Counted from the whole stretch's first letter, positions 27,209-40,195 are shown. The stretch is 55,319 nucleotides of DNA, filler included, from Platydemus manokwari (GCA_037951405.1; 6 parts of 6 records of this genome joined end to end with filler, not necessarily neighbours in it); one strand, 5' to 3'. The notes: generated by a model from the sequence alone, not told the origin. A program made the numbers and translations.

Positions 27209-27958
27209 ATGAATCATTGGAATGAAAACCATTGTCCGATTTGTTATGATTTATTAGATTTCGATAATTATATCGTATTTAAAGCCTGTAATCATGCATT
27301 TTGTCAAAGTTGTGGAGATGAAATCATATTCCAGGAACACGTTTCCTGTCCATTAGATAGGAACTTTGTCAATGTAATCGAACATTCAGATCTAGTTCAA
27401 GATCTTACAAGTTATCAAATAAAGAAATGTCATGTCGATACGAACTTCATAAAATACACATTTTTACAAAATTGGAATCGTTCTCATAAAAATCTCGTGC
27501 AATATTTGAAAACATTAATTAGGTTATTGATAAAAGTGTATCCATTGGTGAAGAGTTTTCTTTCCAAGGAATTCGATCTTGAAAACACTGAAATAATAAG
27601 CATTAATAAATTATTCGAAACCATCAAGGATTCGTTTCTTGATATTATTAGAGAAGTCTTTGGACCAAGGCCGGTAAAAATAAAACTTGTGAAGAATATT
27701 CTACAAGAATATTCAAATCCAAGCCCTTCACAGAAGACGGTTTTGGGATTGGATAATAAATTGTTATCGAAACTCAAAATATCCTTGAAAAAATGTCTTC
27801 GTGATTACATGAGATTCAAATTAAAATACGTGATTGACAAGGAATACTTTGAAATTATGAAATCGAATATTGAAGATTACGTTGTATATTATACAGAAAC
27901 TTTGGAATCTGTCAATCAATCATTTTTATCGACAAAAAATATTGCTACAACCCTATAA
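27209..27958 (+). CDS. Intronless RING-finger (C3HC3D) protein, paralogue A, 249 aa; putative E3 ubiquitin ligase
   Basis: Open 750-bp ORF in very AT-rich DNA; CPIC-x14-CNH-x2-CQSC-x11-CPLD; aligns along its length with the ORFs at 31858 and 35016. Confidence 0.88.
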   Translation: MNHWNENHCPICYDLLDFDNYIVFKACNHAFCQSCGDEIIFQEHVSCPLDRNFVNVIEHSDLVQDLTSYQIKKCHVDTNFIKYTFLQNWNRSHKNLVQYLKTLIRLLIKVYPLVKSFLSKEFDLENTEIISINKLFETIKDSFLDIIREVFGPRPVKIKLVKNILQEYSNPSPSQKTVLGLDNKLLSKLKISLKKCLRDYMRFKLKYVIDKEYFEIMKSNIEDYVVYYTETLESVNQSFLSTKNIATTL

Positions 27959-30900
27959 CCTAATATATAATTTTACATCATTTATTGATTTATATATCTC
28001 GCTTTATAAATTATGATGTAATTGATAATTGTATTAAATGTGAATGACGTAATATTCCATATTTTTTCATATGTTGTTACTCAATACTCAAAAAGCTTTT
28101 TTGTTTATGTAACTTCAAATTTGTACGTATTCTTTCGAAAAATCTATGTTTTAATAATAAATATTTATAATTGATTTTTGCACTAAATAAATCGTTTATA
28201 ATTAAAAGTACTTGATTGACATGTTTAAGACTGTGCAACACTTTCATACTAACTGAAAAATCTTCATACAAATGACACGATAACAGGTAAGAACTTCATG
28301 AAATAAGTCTAGATAACAACGAAAGGCTGGATTGTTAAAATATTTATGGGATTCCGAAGTATTATAATTACCTATGAGATCAAAGTACAACGTCTTATTG
28401 TTATAAATCAACAATTCTGGTCCTGTCATAAAGCAAAATTCGTTATTTACACCTTTGGGAAAGCATATTAGCACAGGAAAAAAATCTAAGTTCTGGTTTT
28501 AATCGTAATTGTTCCGAATATTTGACATAATTTGTTTAATAGATTCCGAAAGTGATATCATTGATTACACTAGGTGAAATCAAATCTTCGTCTTGCTATA
28601 ATCAAGCAATTTGCTGCAACACGATTTCTAATTAGCCGGTGATTTTTTCCAATTTACTGTTCCATCAGGGTGATGGCAGATATATTTTGTTCTGTTACCA
28701 TATTATTCTAATTTTGTATTTAAAGTTTAAAATGATGGGTTTCAGGAGCTCTATTTAAAGGTTTTTGCTAAACATCAAAGACTACAAAATATAAAGAACT
28801 AAAAAACATGATAAATCAATATGGCCTTGTTTGATAACTAGATGATTAGCTTTAATAATGATTTGCAGCTTGTTGTTGTATGGTTCGAGTATGTATTTTA
28901 AATAATTATGAAGTCTATAGGATGTATGGGGTGCATTATCGATTTTTACATTTAGCACTTAATCTTGTTTAATGATAGATTTATTCATTTGCACGATTAT
29001 GGGTTTTATTTCAAATAATATTTTAGTTACATTTTGTCTTTCAAATGTTTTTGAAATTTAAAAATTCGAATTTGTAATCACATAATCTTCATGTGCTTTT
29101 TAGGTACCGACTTCAATTTTGAGAATTATTAATTATTATTATTGCTGCCAAACAAAAATAATTATTAATAATAGTTGTGATTGAAGAGACTGACTGTATT
29201 ATATACATACATATGAATTAATGATTTATTAGTGAGTAGTAATCGATAATATAACAAATTCGGTATAATTTTTAAAATATTTTTTAAAATATATTTGTGT
29301 TGAAATCAATTTCATCAATAGTTAAAAAATTAAAATCTAAACCCAGACAAAGCAAATAAGTTGTGTCTGAATAAAATTATTTTTCCAAACACTATGACAA
29401 GCGGTGTGAAAAATGGTTATAAAAAATACTAGAAAACATTAAGATATGATATTAAAATGTTCTTCACAACTTTTGTGCAGTATTCGATGAAAATTATCAA
29501 AGAAAAATTGAATATCTCTGCATTTAGATACGCTTCCATATTGTTGGTGCTCAATGTCAACAGTGCTTGCAGTACTTGTGATTCACCAACAGCAAGACTG
29601 GATGCCAAAACCTACTTACTAAAATATGAATTTCAATCCGATATATTGATGTTAACAAATGGGCCGCAAAGTTTGCCTGCACGCTTTTGGATGAAGAACA
29701 CTGTTGCAATTGCATGGTTTACTCGAGCAACTTTTTGAAAATTAAAATTATGCCTGCAATGTGCAATTGCAATGCATTGGAATATTTCTAATAATTTATT
29801 CTTTATTTTTAATAAAAAACTTAAAGATTTATCAATGTTGAAACCAAATTAAAAACTATAGTGATTATATTACTGATTAATTTGATTGATAAAAGTAATA
29901 TATTCAATATTTTTAGATAATGTATTATAATTGATAAAAAACAATGATTTTGAGGATTTTGAGAGTAAAGATATAAATCTTCATCTAAAGAAATTCGAAA
30001 TTTTAAAGATAAAATTCACTTAAAAATTTTCAATTCCTTCGAAATGGAACCAATAATAAAACAACTGAATATAATTAATAGTTATATCTGAAGCATCAAA
30101 TCTTTTATCTATGCTGCTACAGAGTTATTCTGATATCGAAACCTTTTCCTATAAGATATATTATAAAAACATATTGTCATGTAGCAAGATTCTGTCATTT
30201 TATCTGATTTTCGCAAACCGTATTGAATAATATAAACAAATAACTCCTTATTTACTTTCATCAGATCAACAAATTTTGAAAACTTTATGAAATATGAAGT
30301 GATACAAATTATTGAAATTTAATTTTGACACAGCTCATTTATTGATTAAATTTTCTTCAAAGATCGCACATTATTATCGATTACGTTTTAAAATGTCTAG
30401 TTTATAAATAATATCTCAATTAACTCGGTATTTTTTGATTAAAAGTAATCGACATTGTTTGATGGATTTTGCAGGATAATATTATTTAACCTTCTCTATA
30501 CGTGAGTCGTTTTTTAAGTAAGATTGATTTTAAAATCAAAAAAATTAATTCAATTTTATATTTTTATCACGAAACCACAATTTTTGTATGTTGAAACACT
30601 AAAACAAAAAATAATTGTCGCCTTCTTATTTTTATAACTAGATTTTTAAGTAGTTATGATTTTGTTTAATCGATTTGAATAACTGCGATTTTTAAATGTC
30701 ATTTAAAAAAATAATGACTTAACAAATAAGTTTTAAAATAATACTTCATTAAACATTGTTTCAAGGTTTGAAACATTTTAAATTTTAACTTTTAAATTAA
30801 CAAATATATCAGAGTTTTGGATTAAGTTAAGATAAGTGTTTTGAATTTGCTGAGAGCATTGCAAAAAACCTTATCGTTTAATTAATTATTTTCATTGAAC

Positions 30901-31857
30901 ATATCTCGAATTTAATTATCTAAAATGAATTTTAGTAATTTGAAAATAAAATTAACTAAATTTCACCTCTGAAATCTTTTAAAAAATGATTGTTTCGTAA
31001 AACGAGTCAAATTGAAAATAAATAAAAACTAGCAATAGCATCTTGTTTTAACATTAAAACCAAATGAAGAAATTATCTATATGTTTACATTTATTTTTTA
31101 GAATTAATAATATTAGGTTTTTGAAACATGTCACGGGTTTTAAAGCCAAATTACACTTAAATCAAATGAAATATTAATCAACAAGTTGAATACACAAGTG
31201 GCAGGAATGTAGTTGCGGGGGCACTACTGAGATTTCTGGTAAATGCAAAGAATCATATAAATTGAAATAACGCCAAGGCAATCGTATTGATTAGAATACG
31301 AATTTGATTTAATTATTCTGCACTGACACTTTTTGACATCCTTGTTTCTTATTTCAAGTCTATTACTATAATGAAAACCATAATTTCAAGATAAAGATAA
31401 AATAAACGTTTGATGTGTTACTGAATATTTTATTGAATGTCTCTAAGACCGAAAAAAATCAAATATACTATTTATTGGAAATCTTACAGCTACTTTCAAA
31501 GCTTTTTTATCAACATGGCATTGTTAACCATTCAACGACCTTCACCACACCACAAAATCGAATTATCTACAATAACAATGATAATACGAGTTTTGAAATC
31601 CAATAAATGCACTTAATTCTTTGTATAGAAATGAATTTTATAAAATATTTACTTTTAAGATTGATTGTAAAACAAGTCATCCGTTAAAATTCATAATTAA
31701 TTTGTCAAAGGACTTCATTTATTAACTTAAATTAAGATTTCTTACGAGCAATGAAACATATGAATTATAAAAAGTTATGAAATAATTATAATAATTTTTG
31801 GTTTTTAATAAAATAATATCAGCAGTAATGAATAGAACACATTTAATAATAATAAAT

Positions 31858-32637
31858 TTATTTACTCAATAATATTTGTTGTTTTAATTTCTCCATTTTC
31901 TGTTCAATACGCAGAAAGAGTTTTTGTGAAATTTGTAGAGATTTTTTGTGATGCTTGATAATTTTTTCCAATTCAGTTTTCTTATTATTTAAATAAGATC
32001 GCTCGTTTATCATATCGATATCGAATCGGTAAACATGAAAGCTGAAACGATCGAATAATAAACCATTCAATTCAGTAGCTTTCATATCGAGATCTTGAAA
32101 TGTTTTATGGTACACTTCATTCAAGTTAAACAACATGAACATGTTTTTGATTATTTTCCATTTATTGGTTTCGAACTTGCTCAGCGAATAAATCATATCA
32201 ATGAATAACCCGTCCACATTAAAAAATAAAACACTGATATCGTAAATTTCTGATGAATCAAAATCCATTTGTCGATGAAAGCCATTTTGAAATCGGATCA
32301 AGACGTTTTCGAGTGTTGAAATAATATTGGTCATTATATCTGTTATCTTTTTATGGAATCCTAACCAGGCATTTTCGAATTCTTCTTTTAAAAATGTTAT
32401 GTCAACACACATTTCATACTGATAATTGAAAATCGACATTGGTGTATTCATTTTTTCTAATTTTGTTATAGGAATCTTGTCAAGAGGGCATGAGGCAGAT
32501 TCGGTAAAGATAATTTCTTTGGAACAAACATCACAGAAGATATGATTACAATCCTTAAACTTAATGAAATTTTCTTCATTCAATAAATCGTAACAAATTA
32601 GACATTCCGTTATTGTCGGATCTGCTCCATTTATCAT
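31858..32637 (-). CDS. Intronless RING-finger (C3HC3D) protein, paralogue B, 259 aa
   Basis: First ATG at 32637 (MINGADP...; the ORF track starts at a non-ATG codon); CLIC-x14-CNH-x2-CDVC-x11-CPLD; heptad-like C-terminus. Confidence 0.88.
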   Translation of the reverse strand: MINGADPTITECLICYDLLNEENFIKFKDCNHIFCDVCSKEIIFTESASCPLDKIPITKLEKMNTPMSIFNYQYEMCVDITFLKEEFENAWLGFHKKITDIMTNIISTLENVLIRFQNGFHRQMDFDSSEIYDISVLFFNVDGLFIDMIYSLSKFETNKWKIIKNMFMLFNLNEVYHKTFQDLDMKATELNGLLFDRFSFHVYRFDIDMINERSYLNNKKTELEKIIKHHKKSLQISQKLFLRIEQKMEKLKQQILLSK

Positions 32638-33249
32638 AGCTCTACCAATCAATAATCGCGGAATAAATAAACAAAATTTTCATATTTATTGGAAATATTA
32701 AAAAAATTTAAAATTTACTGGATATAAATTACTAATTTATAAGATAGAAACCTCTACATAAATGATTATGTTAAAATATTATAATAAATGTAATTATAAT
32801 GTATTTAAAATTATTATTTTATACTAATTATTGATTTTTCTGAAATTGAATAATCTTTTGTAGAGCTAAAAATCGAAAGTAACCATACAATTCCTCTTAA
32901 GAGTGTATGAGGAATGAATATGCAAACGAGTATGTTTGCGGAAGAAGCACTAATGAGGCTTGATCATTGAAATAATCAGAGAAAGTCAGTCCATGAACTG
33001 AAGAAACTTATTAGAAAATTTTTGAAAAACATCGAAAACTCATCGAAAAAATACTAAATAGCAAAAGAGATACTGCAGAGTTTTAATGAAAGATCTAATG
33101 ATGGATTTTAATTAGATACATAGGATAAGTCAATAATTTGAATATGTGATTCCGTGTTATTGTCTTACAAGGCAAAAATACAATCGCAAAAGATCTGCAT
33201 TCAATTTTCGTTCAATATCTCGTTTTAACGATTTTCTATTATGCTCTTA

Positions 33250-34500
33250 ATGTTCTAGAAAAAGGATTGGTCGACTTCAGGGCTCATGACATGATATGAG
33301 CATAGGTTTTGTAGAATTGAAAATCCCTTTCTAATATGTTTCTGATTGAGCGCTGGTTGACATATATGTGTACATTAATTAAAATCAGTGGTTTTTGTGT
33401 GTGTTTATTTAATCAATATCCAATATACTTAATTGTTTTCTGAGGTGTTTCTTATCTCCTTTTCATTTATCAAAGCTTCTTCACAGTGAGGATTTATTTC
33501 CACTAACACTCTTGTCCATTCCTTATAGAGAATTTCTCCTGCAGATGTCATGAAAATTGATATTCTAGAGACGGTAATGTCATTGTTGTCCTTTTATTTC
33601 TTAAAATTTACTGATATAATTACCAATCCAATTTTAAATTGTCCAGAAGTAAATATAAATATTACACAGTATTTTCAAATACAGTATAAGTAGCAAAAAA
33701 ATAATTTTCACCTGCCATCTACATTGAATGAACTGAAATATTATTTGAAAAATCAAGCGATTATCGTAGATTTAGTGATGGGTTAAGCACTGAAATTTAA
33801 TCCGGATAAGTTTGAAAACTGTGTTTGTAATTGAACGCTAATCGGTTTGTTAGTTTTCTTCAAATGTGTCAATGTATTGTGATCGGTACGATTAATAAAT
33901 CTCTTTCCCGGTAGATAATGATTAAAATACATAGTAAACACGTGGATTACCAAGAGCTTTTTCATAGTGACGCAATAAACTTTTTCATGACTTTTAAGAG
34001 TTCTAGAAGCACAGGCTACTACTCTCCCTTTTCCAGTGTCACACAACTGGTATAGAACGCTGCAAATCACTTTTTTTTATTTTGGATCCAGAACGGCCAA
34101 AATCGGAGCTGCGTGTAATTGCTGCTTTAAGTTTCTAAAATTTCCTTACACTCTGTAGTCCACTTCAATTTCCTGTCACTTCTGGTTATCATCGCATATA
34201 AAGGAGCCCTCATTCTTGCGTAGTCTTTGATAAATTGTCTGTGGAAATTGTATAATCCAAAGAACAAATACAACTGGATTATATAACCGGGTTTTACTGC
34301 TTCCTTAATCTTCTTTTCTTTGTCGTAATTATAGTTTCTAACCACCTTCTAACCGTATCACCGAACAAATTCAATTTTCTAGTGCCAAAAGTGCATTTAT
34401 CGCAATTGATTTTCAAACCTGATAATTTAATCAACCTGAATACCTTTCGAGTTCCTTATTGTGTCTCTCTACTGTTTTTTCATACAATAAATTATGGTGA
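33250..34500 (-). mobile_element. Heavily decayed Ty3/Gypsy pol fragment (RT thumb and RNase H)
   Basis: FFGLYNFHRQFIKDYARMRAPLY (34127-34345) and RVVACASRTLKSHEKVYCVTMKKLL...HYLPGKRFINRTDH (33783-34070) are Gypsy RT-connection and RNase H motifs. Boundaries are approximate. Confidence 0.85.
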
Positions 34501-35015
34501 ACATACATTATTTCTTATTATTTCAGAAATTAGTAAATTTATTGATTTTAAATTCTTACATTACTAAGTTCGATACTAGTAGTTGTGTTCGATTATTACT
34601 GGTTGAACGTTTGGGATTTATTTGTGAATCCATCATAAAACACATTTCTAGGATAATTTAATTAACTATGGATTCACTATATAATACCTCGTGAGGTGTG
34701 TTACTGGATCTTTTATTTATTTATTTTTTTATTTTATAAATTATTATCTTTTTTCTTATTTATTATTTCAAAGTGAAAAATTGAATTTATTTACTTGCTA
34801 TAATAAACCTTTTACGTTTCTAAATTATCATATTTCACCACATAAATTTATAAAAATATCAAAAATTTTTTGCCAAATTTTACATAAATCAATTTTAAAT
34901 TCAAATGTTTATGGAAATCAAACTATCGATTGGAATTTAAAGGGAAACATGAAAAACCAATAACAGCTTGAAATTTTATTTAAAAAAATTATTTAAGAAA
35001 AATAGTAAAAGCCAT

Positions 35016-35780
35016 TCATTGATATAAGATATTCATCCTTCGATTGATCTCTACAAAGAATTCATCTGATGTTTTAATATATCTCCTGTACACTCTGAGG
35101 CTCATTATCAACTCGCTATTCTTACTCTCGATATATAATTGTTTATTTACACTCTCTAACTCAAAATCGAATCGGAAATTTCGAAACTTACCGAATAAAG
35201 CATTATCATAATGATGAATAACCTCGCTATCTATTTGTCGAATTGATTGATAAAATGTGTCATTGGAATTTATCGTCGATAAAATATTTCTTATTTTGTG
35301 TTCTTTGCCAGGTTTTGTGTATTTCATGCAGTAAAATATCTTGTAACGTAATTCATTACATTTATGTAATGAATCCCGAATGATATTGACTTCGATTGAG
35401 GTGAAATCGATTTTGCAGGTTAAGAATTTTCGAAACATCTGTGAGATATTTTCAAAGATGTCTACAATATCATTCATTGATTTGATTATCTCTCCACGGA
35501 AATCCAACCAAATTTTTAGAAATTGTTGTTTTAGAAATGATTTGTCCAAACACATCCGATATTGATAAGAGGCAGTTGTCATGGAGATATTCATTTGTTC
35601 AATCGTTTTAATCTTTCTCTTGTCGATGGGACAGGAAACATTATTTTGAAAAATAACTTCGTTTGAACATTCTCCACAAAATCTATGACGACAATCTTTG
35701 AATGTGATAACATTTTCTCTGCTCAAAGAATCATAACAAATCAGACATTCATTTTGTGAATCACCAATTTCATTGAACAT
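35016..35780 (-). CDS. Intronless RING-finger (C3HC3D) protein, paralogue C, 254 aa
   Basis: CLIC-x14-CRH-x2-CGEC-x11-CPID; colinear with paralogues A and B. Confidence 0.88.
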   Translation of the reverse strand: MFNEIGDSQNECLICYDSLSRENVITFKDCRHRFCGECSNEVIFQNNVSCPIDKRKIKTIEQMNISMTTASYQYRMCLDKSFLKQQFLKIWLDFRGEIIKSMNDIVDIFENISQMFRKFLTCKIDFTSIEVNIIRDSLHKCNELRYKIFYCMKYTKPGKEHKIRNILSTINSNDTFYQSIRQIDSEVIHHYDNALFGKFRNFRFDFELESVNKQLYIESKNSELIMSLRVYRRYIKTSDEFFVEINRRMNILYQ

Positions 35781-36050
35781 CTCAAATTGATTAAAATTGA
35801 TTAATTAATTAAAAAATAAACAAATTTTTTAAAATTAAATTTTTAAAAAATTAAAATAAAATATTTTAAAATGATTTAATTTATTTAATTTATTTTTATT
35901 TATTAAATAATATTAAAAAATTCTACATGTAGGTTTCATTGAAAATTCGATTTATTTTTTATACTATATTATTTTATTATCATATTATCATTATCATTAT
36001 CAAAATCGATAAACGTAAAATGTTTTTCAATATATTGATTTAAAAATTTT

Positions 36051-36150
36051 NNNNNNNNNNNNNNNNNNNNNNNNNNNNNNNNNNNNNNNNNNNNTTAATT
36101 AATTAANNNNNNNNNNNNNNNNNNNNNNNNNNNNNNNNNNNNNNNNNNNN
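36051..36150. other. Artificial contig linker
   Basis: N44-TTAATTAATTAA-N44. Confidence 0.95.
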
Positions 36151-38250
36151 GTTCAGCGTTATAACAATTTGTGTTAATAAAATACCTGCATAAAAACATG
36201 AATAACTTTTGACTCAACCTGGTATGTTCACCCGACGTGTATGCTAGATTCTATGATTCATGTCAGACTTTCAGCAAAGCTAAATTTCCGACTCCAAAAT
36301 TATAACTTTTTTCATATGTTCAGAAGGACAGTCAAACCATGAATTTGTACATTTATCCGAACTTACTTTCACATTATTATGATATTATGTTTTTTCGTGT
36401 TATACTTTACTTTATATAAAAATTTCTTCCTAACAACATTCACAAAAATACTTACCCATTTTTCAATAATTTTTTAATATTGCAAAAAACTCTTAAAACC
36501 TGATTTATATTTGTAATCAAAATAAAGTAATATTTCATATTTATGAAGAGATTCCTTCATCTTTTAGAATGTTAATTGTTGGAAGTCCAGGTTGGGGAAG
36601 ATCTCTATTACTTTGAAAATGGTATTAAGTCTAAATTATTTAGATTATAATAATTTAATAATAATTTTTAAAGACTGTTTCTCAACAAGAAAATCAAATT
36701 TTATTACATGGTTTTAAAAATGAATATTTAAACGAAAGTATTATGAAAATATTTAAAGAACAAAATGAATTTGTTAAAAATTGGTTCGTTTGAGAAATTT
36801 GTGAAAGATATTCAAAAAGTTTCCACTACGAGGGTTTCCTTATAGATTTTATAATATTATTACACTTTATGGATTTTGTTATCAACTATTTCCGAGCTTT
36901 TAATTTCTTAAATAATGTACACAAGAATTATAAATTCTAAGAGTGTATACCTTTATTAAATTTGACGATTTGAGAGATATCTCAAGTTTCAATTCTTCTT
37001 ATAGGATTTTATTTCCAGGAAAGTGTACATGATTATTAAAAATAAACCACTGAAAAATAAATCCCTTAAACATCATAAAAATATAGGAATGAGTTTGAAT
37101 TAGTTGAAGAGATTAATTCCATGTCAGTTAAGTTAAAACCCATGGATTAAATTACAATCCTCATATTAAAGTAATTCCACACGAGGATCAAGAAAAGGAA
37201 AATGATGTTTATTAATCAGAAAAACAACATAGAATAAATAAATTAGTGACACTTCAATAAGTATGTAACCATAGTGAAATAGTTCAGTTGATCCGCAATT
37301 CAAGAAACCACTGACTAATCCGTGATTCAAAAATGGCGCTATACGAATTCATTGTCGATATTTGCAAAGAGACGCAGTCATATTTTTGTCAGTGTTTACT
37401 GGAAGTCAAATTTCAATAGTCACAGAGAACCTAGTCACATACCCGGAAATAGATATCATTTCCTTTTACAACTTTTGAAATTCTATTATATAACTCTTCA
37501 ACTGAAATCTGACATTAATAATATGAAGGAGATCTCAAGCATTGCAAACTTTCTTGGAAGTTGACATGTAAAATTTCAATTTGGTACTCATAAATTGATC
37601 GACTGTCTAATTAATTTTTGCATCTCATATTCTCTCATAATATATTTCATTTGCATATCATGACTTTGATTTTATATTTTAAGGTAAAAGTTTTGATTAT
37701 CATTTGTTGTAATTATTGCAAACAGTACTGATCAGTTAATATCATCTCATTTGAATAGAAATTATTTAGTAGCATTAGTTCACGATCATTACCATTGTTT
37801 ACAGCTTGTGTGAACTGCGTGTTTCTTTATTTCGTAGAAATAGTATTTTCTCTTACATCTAAAATATGTTCAATATCTAATGCAGTGGCTAACATGAATA
37901 AAATAATAATATCCTCAGAAGTAACACATCTATCAAGTCAGTAGTTAATATTAAAATCAAAATTTTAATCGCTGCTGACGCCGCTCACACAATCTCTTCA
38001 CTGTTGTCTGAGCGCATCAAAGAAAGTATTATTACACTGAGGGCTGTCAGACCGAATTCAGAAGACTGATTAGATAAGTTGTCAATAACTTGGAAATAAA
38101 AACTAGTAACCAAATACCTAATAAGGCTCAAACGAAACACATTTATAGTCTCTTCTGCCATATTAATCTTGTCCTTATCATTGGTTATTTATCCATTGAA
38201 TAAGTAACGAATGGAGTTATTATATGTTAAAAGTTTTTCTTTGTATCTCT

Positions 38251-38849
38251 TCATTGAAAGGTAAGTTAACAGTTGTCTTGTGTTTTTGTTTCTTGCCTGA
38301 GTTCCCCATTGTCAAGTAATTTTGTGTCGGTTTTCATTGTATTTGGATTTTACTAAAAAACAAGAGAAACTTGTGAGATATCGTTTCTAGCTCTTTTCGA
38401 GCTAGTTTTCAAATCATCAATAGAGTTCATATCACGTCGACAATTTTGAAGCTCTGTTAATAATTAGCTCTAAATGCAACAATCCATTACATTTAAGTCT
38501 GCACTTTTTGGAGGCCAATCCTCCGGTTCAATGAAATCAGGAGTAGATTGGTGAAAAAATTGAACTGATGTCGTTGCTGTGTGAGTCCTGGCACCATCCC
38601 GCTGACATGTCCATATTTGGTCGACCATTACATTTTGAGCATTTATGACTGTAATAAAACATATGCCTTTAAAAAACTTTGTAAAAGTTATTTTTTGTAA
38701 AAATAAATAGCAGTTTGATAAATTTTATGCTTATCTAGTATAGTAAAATCGAAATAAAATAAAAACTGACATAAAAATACATGACAATGGGGAACTCTGA
38801 CAAAATTAAAAAAAAACACAAGACAAGCACTTCACTTGCCTTTAAATGA
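38251..38849. repeat. Long imperfect inverted repeat (arms of about 105 bp, weaker extension outward) enclosing a transposase relic
   Basis: 38251-38355 (TCATTGAAAGGTAAGT...GAGTTCCCCATTGTCAAGTA...GATTTTACTA) matches the reverse complement of 38741-38849 (TCATTTAAAGGCAAGT...GAGTTCCCCATTGTCATGTA...GATTTTACTA). Confidence 0.8.
38356..38740 (-). mobile_element. Internally deleted DD37D (maT-type) Tc1/mariner element
   Basis: Minus strand reads QRDGARTHTATTSVQFFHQSTPDFIEPEDWPPKSADLNVMD, with 37 residues between the second and third catalytic Asp, then in-frame stops and SIDDLK. It is fused directly to 5' terminal sequence shared with 19359-19441. Confidence 0.85.
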
Positions 38850-40195
38850 GCAGATAATTTTGTTTAAATTAATTACCATTTATTCACAGAAATAATAACA
38901 AATGCTCAATGCTTCAAAATGGTCGCTTTGTTTCTTTCTGTGCAAAGAAAATCAATGTAGATCGAAATCACTACACCAATCCAATGAAACTTTTGTAAGA
39001 AAAGGGAAAATATATTTTATTGATTTTTCTCGTTAGATGGAAGAAAGCAGAAAACATTTTATCAATATTCCGGAAATATTTTTAAAAATTGCACGAGTAT
39101 AATAAAACATAAGCAACAAATACTGTACCATTACGAATGTAGCTAGAGTTGACGAAGACGGCTTAGTGAAAGAATCGGAAACATGTTCTCGAATTTTTTC
39201 TAGAATCTGCTTTGTTTTTAGTTCCTATTTGCTTTTCATTTTCTTTAATTATTGCGTCAGTGCTTCTATGATATTTACCACTAGCCTAATTTTGACTTTT
39301 CCATTTTTGATTGGATTATCCTCAAAATTCTCTGCTATCGACATTTTTAATTAAATTTGTTGATTGTGTAATATGATATTTTCTTCAAAAAAAAGTTATT
39401 TATTATTATATTTTTATTTTTTTCACAAATTACATATTGTTCGATATTGTTCGATTCCCACTAGTTGCAAGACATAAAAGATCAATTCGACACAGCAATC
39501 AACAAATTTATTTCACTCGCAACCAGTGTTTTCCATTAATCACTTCCTCTCACATATCAGTGAATGATAACGTCCTTTGGTGAGTTTTATCTCTCAGTTG
39601 CAGAAGTAAATGTGAAAATACAAGAAAATGTCATTAACAATAACTAAGTTGGTATTACAATTCTGAAGATAATTCCAGTCACTCAGTCCCAATAATGGTT
39701 AGACAACATAGGTTATAGTTTCTACTGTTTTGTCGTAACGCACTTGATCAAGGATCTATTTTTATTTTAACTTTATGATCTATATTGATGGGAATCATTT
39801 ATTTGACGACTGCTTATGACATTCAGTAAATTAGTGAATTCATCTATCGAGTGGCTAAAATTTAAAATCATAAAACTTTCTGAAAGGGAAGTTTTTTCTA
39901 CTGAAATTTTCGATAAAATTATTTCTAAGAGGATTATCCCTATTCTTTCATAAGATGACATTTACGTATCTCTCAATCTTCTTTTTGACTATCATTAAAA
40001 TTACTAATTTAATGCTGATAGTATTTTGATGAAATCATCTTTAGATCACAATACTTGTATTTTCTGTTAAATTCCATTGCAGTGCACATTTGATATTGTG
40101 AGAACTTTAAATTGAATTAAATTTTCAAAGATTTCATTCAAATTTTATATAAAATTTAATTGTATTTGGTGTCGCGTCTTTTCAGTGCTGTATAA

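Noticed and set aside
29457-29738. 93-aa ORF between RING paralogues, loosely transposase-like
   Set aside because: No diagnostic DDE or dimerisation motif, and no relation to the RING family.
26546-35780. RING genes nested inside a beta-spectrin intron
   Set aside because: An artificial linker separates them and no further spectrin exons appear downstream.
39050-40100. Possible Ginger-type or retroviral integrase relic on the minus strand (IDL and DSREF-like fragments)
   Set aside because: The motifs are too short and scattered over broken frames to call without an alignment.
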